10,130 nt of DNA, taken from positions 1 to 10,130 of the forward strand of contig CBCPMX010000055.1 in assembly GCA_965120355.1 (NCBI GenBank), read 5' to 3'. How positions within the stretch are numbered: the first letter of the stretch is position 1; every line of letters begins with the position of its first letter. Made by a program: the position numbers and the translations under genes. This DNA comes from an uncultured Oscillospiraceae bacterium (GTDB taxonomy: Bacteria; Bacillota; Clostridia; Oscillospirales; Oscillospiraceae). Below, piece by piece: positions 6,784 through 10,130 of this stretch. The notes beneath the pieces were generated by a model. That model searched no databases, was not told the origin of the DNA, and worked only from the letters and a program-made list of their open reading frames with translations.

Positions 6784-7512
6784 ATGAATCGTTTGGGTTT
6801 GAAGCGGGCAGCCAGACAATGTCTTGACGACGCGGAGTGCTCTCCCGCCCTGGTTACCTTGCTCTATTGGATTGTCAGCTTATGTTTCTCTGTGCCGTAT
6901 GTGCTGCTGGTATTCCGCATGCAATCCCAACTGGAATCTGATATCAGCAACGCGGCCACTCTGCTGACTGCATACCAGATGTATCTGGCCTACAGCCAGC
7001 GCCTAATGGTACTGCAAGTGGTATTCAACATGATTTCAGCAATTTGGCAGACAGGGTACGACTCTTTTTCCCTGCGCCTAAGCCGCCGCAGACCCACCGG
7101 CGCAGGGAATCTGCTTGACGGTGTCCGTTTGTTGGGCAAAGTTGTCTGGCTCACAATCCTGATTTTGGTTTTCACATACCTGTGGAGTTTGCTCTTCTTC
7201 ATCCCTGGTATCATAGCCTCCTACCGCTACCGGATGGCCTACTATGCCCTATTGGACGATCCCACTCTGACGGCGAGGGAAGCCTTGGCTGTGTCCAAGC
7301 GCATCACCTACGGACACAAGCTGGAACTTTTCAATCTGGATCTGAGCTTTCTGGGCTGGTATCTGCTGATTGTCCTGACGGCAGGGATCGCCGGTATCTG
7401 GAAATTCCCCTATATCCAGGCCACCTATGCCCACGCTTACAACTGGATGATCCAATTGGACCGCCAATCGCAGGCTCCCCCGCTCAATGAGTATCCTCCC
7501 TTCCGGTTTTAA
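6784..7512 (+). CDS. DUF975-family integral membrane protein
   Basis: The C-terminal region YRYRMAYYALLDDPTLTAREALAVSKRITYGHKLELFNLDLSFLGWYLLIVL matches the remembered DUF975 signature (Y..L.DNP......A...S...M.GHK...F.L.LSFIGW.LL). The N-terminus MNRLGLKRAARQCL is like DUF975 starts. Start is the ATG at 6784 with AGGAGGG (6771-6777) 6 nt upstream. The ORF-track start at 6727 lies inside the upstream hairpin and has no RBS. Confidence 0.8.
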   Translation: MNRLGLKRAARQCLDDAECSPALVTLLYWIVSLCFSVPYVLLVFRMQSQLESDISNAATLLTAYQMYLAYSQRLMVLQVVFNMISAIWQTGYDSFSLRLSRRRPTGAGNLLDGVRLLGKVVWLTILILVFTYLWSLLFFIPGIIASYRYRMAYYALLDDPTLTAREALAVSKRITYGHKLELFNLDLSFLGWYLLIVLTAGIAGIWKFPYIQATYAHAYNWMIQLDRQSQAPPLNEYPPFRF

Positions 7513-7517
7513 CGCCG

Positions 7518-7550
7518 TTCCGCAGGCCCAAGGAAAAAGGGCCTGCGGAA
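7518..7550 (+). terminator. Stem-loop downstream of the DUF975 gene (probable terminator, atypical tail)
   Basis: TTCCGCAGGCCC (7518-7529) and GGGCCTGCGGAA (7539-7550) form a 12-bp perfect stem with a 9-nt A-rich loop, 6 nt after the TAA. It is followed by AAAATTTGCAAAAAT, so the T-tract is interrupted. Confidence 0.4.
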
Positions 7551-7576
7551 AATTTGCAAAAATCAGAAATTCACTC

Positions 7577-7605
7577 TTGATTTTTATCGAAAATCATGAT
7601 ATCAT
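7577..7605 (+). promoter_or_regulatory. Putative sigma-A promoter of the tRNA-Ala gene
   Basis: TTGATT (7577-7582), a 17-nt spacer, and an extended -10 TGaTATCAT (7597-7605). This places the TSS about 6-8 nt before the mature tRNA 5' end at 7618. Confidence 0.45.
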
Positions 7606-7617
7606 ATTTCGGCAAAC

Positions 7618-7693
7618 GGGCCCATAGCTCAGCTGGGAGAGCGTTCGGTTCGCATCCGAGAGGTCGAGGGTTCGAATCCCTTTGGGTCCACCA
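7618..7693 (+). tRNA. tRNA-Ala (anticodon CGC)
   Basis: A 76-nt cloverleaf folded by hand: acceptor GGGCCCA/TGGGTCC with a G3:U70 pair (the Ala identity element), D-arm GCTC-AGCTGGGA-GAGC, anticodon arm TTCGG-TTCGCAT-CCGAG with anticodon CGC (7651-7653), T-arm GAGGG-TTCGAAT-CCCTT, discriminator A, and an encoded CCA. Confidence 0.9.
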
Positions 7694-7694
7694 T

Positions 7695-7733
7695 GTCGGA
7701 GCAAGCTCTGTATCGCTTGCTCCGACTTTTTTT
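7695..7733 (+). terminator. Rho-independent terminator of the tRNA-Ala transcript
   Basis: GTCGGAGCAAGC-tctgtatc-GCTTGCTCCGAC is a 12-bp perfect stem, immediately followed by T7 (7727-7733). Confidence 0.8.
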
Positions 7734-7790
7734 CAAAAGTCAAAGTGCACTCACGCCGCTGCCCCTCCTTTCCAAACCGCAGCCGCTGCG

Positions 7791-7813
7791 CTGGGTTGCG
7801 ATTTGGGTCCGCC
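7791..7813 (+). repeat. Degenerate duplicate of the tRNA-Ala 3' end (T-arm/acceptor strand); possible att-site remnant
   Basis: CTGGGTTGCGATTTGGGTCCGCC parallels the tRNA 3' portion GAGGGTTCGAATCCCTTTGGGTCCACC. It shares GGGTT and an exact 9-mer TTTGGGTCC (7802-7810 versus 7681-7689) and has a ~4-nt deletion in the T-stem. It lies 109 nt past the tRNA. Confidence 0.4.
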
Positions 7814-7927
7814 GCTATGCGGCGGATTTGTCACGTTACAAAGAAATATCGATTTTCACCGCCCCTTCCAAATGGACATTTACATAAACACCTGTTTTTC
7901 AAAGGCAGCTGTAATGTCGAAACAGAA

Positions 7928-7968
7928 AGCCCGAGAGCCAAGACACAATGCGTCTTGGCTCTCGGGCT
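7928..7968. other. Long perfect hairpin in a gene-free region (function unknown; possible terminator or structured RNA)
   Basis: AGCCCGAGAGCCAAGAC (7928-7944) and GTCTTGGCTCTCGGGCT (7952-7968) form a 17-bp perfect stem with the 7-nt loop ACAATGC. It is followed on the plus strand by CTATTCGTGGCCTTTTGTG, where the T-tract is delayed, and on the minus strand by TCTGTTTCG. Confidence 0.4.
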
Positions 7969-8228
7969 CTATTCGTGGCCTTTTGTGAAGCCTTGCCCAA
8001 TGGACATATTCTTTCCAAGTTGATCGAAAATACAACTGCTATAACTGCCCTTGGTATTTTCTGAGTAAACAAACGGCACCGGCAACGCAGCCATTACTGG
8101 CAGAAAAAGTTGCGGAAGGCATACAAAACGCCGGCGCACCGGATGCGTATGCTGAAGAACCCCGTGCAGTCTTGAGCCAGACGCTTTCTTTAATGCGCGC
8201 CAGCAGCCCAAAGCCGGCCAACGCAGGA

Positions 8229-8263
8229 GTCCCCGCCCTTTGCGCGAAGCAAAGGGCGGGGAC
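8229..8263. other. GC-rich perfect hairpin 24 nt downstream of the SBP gene stop (candidate terminator for the minus-strand gene; no U-tract)
   Basis: GTCCCCGCCCTTTGC (8229-8243) and GCAAAGGGCGGGGAC (8249-8263) form a 15-bp perfect stem with the 5-nt loop GCGAA. Neither flank is T-rich. Confidence 0.4.
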
Positions 8264-8286
8264 TGGATCAGACGCTTAGATGCGGA

Positions 8287-10059
8287 TCAGCTGACCTGTC
8301 TGTCATAGGCCGCCTGATAAATGGCAATGGCGTCGTAAATACCCATAGCCTCCAGTTCTGCCGTAAATGCATCCCACTCAGAGAAGTCCCGCATTCCAAA
8401 CAGGAATTTGTTCAGCTCTGCCTCGGCATATGTGATGATATCCGTCGTAATGGCGTTGTAAGCCAGCGTCTCCTCTGTGTTGAGGGTCACATAGCCTGGA
8501 ATACTGCGGTCATAGGCCACCTGAGAGGACCAGAAGTCCGTCACTTCCTTCTGCTTATCTGAATAGTAGGCCCAATTGGCCTTCTGCAGCATGACACCGC
8601 AAATCTTACCCTGACAGTTGTAGCGCATAATCATGCCCTCGGGACTCATATTATGCTCATTGTTAACGATCATGTCCGTATAGGTCACGGTGCCGTCCTC
8701 TGCCACGGTATAGGTATAGTCCTCGATGCCATAGGTCATGGTCATGGTTCCCTCATCAGAATACCAATAGTCAATCCACCGCAGGGCCAATTCCGGATCG
8801 GCACAGGTGGTGGAAACAGACACCGTTTGGCCGCTCTGCACCGGCTCATAATCCGCAAAATGGTTAATGGAGTCGTCCCCGGAATTCTGAACGATGACAT
8901 TGATAGGCGTCACATCAAAATCAGGGTTGACGCTGTAGGTATAATAGGTGGACAGCTGGTTTCCGGAGGTATAGAACAGCCCCACATTTTCATTGCAGAT
9001 CAGCGTCTGGACATCATTCATGCTGATGGTAGCGGAAGACAGCACTTTATCCCCGTCAAACAGTCCCTCTTGATACCACCGGTTCATCATCTGTAAATAG
9101 TCCCGATAGGCGTCCGTCATATAAGAACAGACCAATTGCCCGTTGTCGTCCACATACAGCGCCAGATCATCCTCGAAGTATGCAATATCATAGCCGGAAG
9201 TGAGACTAGGGATGCCAACGCCGTTGTCCACAGAGAACACATCTGTGCAGTTGTATTCATTTTTAAATGCAATCAGCGTTTCCTCCAGTTCCTCGAAAGT
9301 CTCCGGCACCGCAAGTCCCAGCGCGTCCAGCCAGTCGCTGCGAATCAAGAGGCCGCGCTCTGTCAGGGGTTGGTCGTTGACCACATAAACAGCCAGTTCC
9401 AGACCTTCTTCAGTCATCACATACTTTTCGACTTCACTGTCTGTATGTACATAGTTCCAGTAATTTGGCATATTGTCGTAGACCAGGTCCGCGATATCCA
9501 GAATAATTCCATCGTCATACGCGCCAGTGGCGCCGGTGGAATAGTTCTGCACCACGCCGGCAATGATATCCGCCCAGTCGCCGGAGGCGCACATCAGGTT
9601 GAACTGGGTGTCATATACCATCATATCCGCCTCTCGCCAGTCAATGCTTACACCCAGATATTCCTCTGCATTCTGGAAGATCTCCAATTCAGCCCAGGAG
9701 TCCCGTACAATTGGCGGGCCGCCGGGCTTGGTGCAGAAGATGCTCAATGTCACCGGCTCCTCCGACAGCGGATAGGTGATGACCGTGTCGTTGTAGCGGG
9801 TTTCCTCCGCAGGGTCCGTGTCCTGTGGAGCTTCAGCCGTTTCCTCCGCTGTCTGTGTCTGGGCAGGTGCAGTTTCGGGTTCCGGCGTCACGCTGTCTTC
9901 TTCGACCGCCGTCTCCGTTTGTTCCACCATTTCTGATTCTTGAGATGGCTCCGCCGAGCCGCTTGTCTGAGCGTCCGTACTGCCGCCGCATGCCGCAAGA
10001 AGCGCGAACAGCAAACTCAGCGCCAGCAAACTGCTGATCCATCGTCTGTAGTACTTCAT
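8287..10059 (-). CDS. Lipoprotein, extracellular solute-binding protein of an ABC transporter (large SBP family 1, LplA-like, probable carbohydrate uptake)
   Basis: MKYYRRWISSLLALSLLFALLAACGG is a signal peptide with an LAAC lipobox. A ~60-aa E/T/A/P-rich linker follows, then a ~500-aa domain typical of ~550-590 aa sugar-binding lipoproteins of Firmicutes (W/Y/D-rich, ...DKQKEVTDFWSSQ...). AGGAGG lies 5 nt upstream of the ATG at 10059. Stop is TAA 8287-8289. Confidence 0.8.
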   Translation of the reverse strand: MKYYRRWISSLLALSLLFALLAACGGSTDAQTSGSAEPSQESEMVEQTETAVEEDSVTPEPETAPAQTQTAEETAEAPQDTDPAEETRYNDTVITYPLSEEPVTLSIFCTKPGGPPIVRDSWAELEIFQNAEEYLGVSIDWREADMMVYDTQFNLMCASGDWADIIAGVVQNYSTGATGAYDDGIILDIADLVYDNMPNYWNYVHTDSEVEKYVMTEEGLELAVYVVNDQPLTERGLLIRSDWLDALGLAVPETFEELEETLIAFKNEYNCTDVFSVDNGVGIPSLTSGYDIAYFEDDLALYVDDNGQLVCSYMTDAYRDYLQMMNRWYQEGLFDGDKVLSSATISMNDVQTLICNENVGLFYTSGNQLSTYYTYSVNPDFDVTPINVIVQNSGDDSINHFADYEPVQSGQTVSVSTTCADPELALRWIDYWYSDEGTMTMTYGIEDYTYTVAEDGTVTYTDMIVNNEHNMSPEGMIMRYNCQGKICGVMLQKANWAYYSDKQKEVTDFWSSQVAYDRSIPGYVTLNTEETLAYNAITTDIITYAEAELNKFLFGMRDFSEWDAFTAELEAMGIYDAIAIYQAAYDRQVS

Positions 10060-10130
10060 GATTTCCTCCTAACATTCCATCATTTTTGTTTTTGTTTGAA
10101 CAACGTAAACAATTATGCCAAATACCGATC

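Noticed and set aside
6990-7490. ORFs 6990-7214(-), 7182-7490(+), 7249-7467(-) within the DUF975 gene
   Set aside because: They are shadow frames inside a supported membrane-protein CDS.
7866-8010. Direct repeat CCAAATGGACAT / CCCAATGGACAT flanking the 17-bp hairpin (MITE-like target duplication?)
   Set aside because: Only a 9-mer (AATGGACAT) is exact. About 190 chance 9-mer pairs are expected in a 10-kb window, so proximity alone is not convincing. It is mentioned inside the hairpin finding only.
7596-8023. ORFs 7596-7988(+), 7682-8023(+), 7693-7887(+) overlapping the tRNA-Ala gene and its terminator
   Set aside because: They read through a tRNA, a rho-independent terminator and a perfect 17-bp hairpin, with no RBS. 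They are not plausible proteins.
7969-8221. ORFs 7969-8211(-) and 8039-8221(-)
   Set aside because: They use a TTG or poor start with no RBS and give low-complexity translations. The region is better explained as a non-coding or remnant stretch.
8653-10075. ORFs 8653-9096(+), 9136-9936(+), 9200-9388(+), 9563-9775(+), 9825-10037(+), 9833-10075(-)
   Set aside because: They are antisense or alternate frames of the large SBP gene. The SBP frame has a signal peptide and lipobox, an RBS and a domain-like composition.
1-10130. CRISPR arrays, IS elements or transposases, integrase, toxin-antitoxin pairs, restriction-modification or other defence islands
   Set aside because: I looked for regularly spaced direct repeats, terminal inverted repeats, and characteristic ORF sizes or motifs on both strands. 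None is present. All large ORFs are accounted for by housekeeping or membrane functions.

Overview
The window reads as an ordinary chromosomal segment of a moderately GC-rich Firmicutes/Clostridia-type genome. The taxon call is inference from GGAGG ribosome-binding sites, sigma-A style promoters, protein families and a lipoprotein solute-binding protein. Gene order: a partial divergent CDS at the 5' edge; a DegV-family protein (+); a convergent nitroreductase / AI-2E (YtvI/PerM-like) permease pair (-) that appears translationally coupled; an XRE-HTH + TPR regulator (-) with its own terminator. Divergent from that regulator, behind a consensus sigma-A promoter, lies an NfeD-like / flotillin (YuaF-FloT / YqiJ-YqiK type) operon followed closely by a DUF975 membrane protein (+). 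Next is a stand-alone tRNA-Ala(CGC) with promoter and intrinsic terminator. Then comes a ~550-bp gene-poor stretch carrying a degenerate copy of the tRNA 3' end and two long perfect hairpins, and finally a large lipoprotein ABC solute-binding protein (-). I see no CRISPR array, IS element, integrase, toxin-antitoxin pair or recognisable defence system. The most interesting signals are regulatory: a near-identical GTGAA-(A/T)-rich operator-like motif sits at the transcription start of both the regulator promoter and the divergent flotillin-operon promoter. The regulator looks like an orphan peptide-sensing (RNPP-like) HTH-TPR protein with no visible peptide gene. A possible att-site scar lies downstream of the tRNA. 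Family assignments come from motif recognition in the translated ORFs; no database search was possible.
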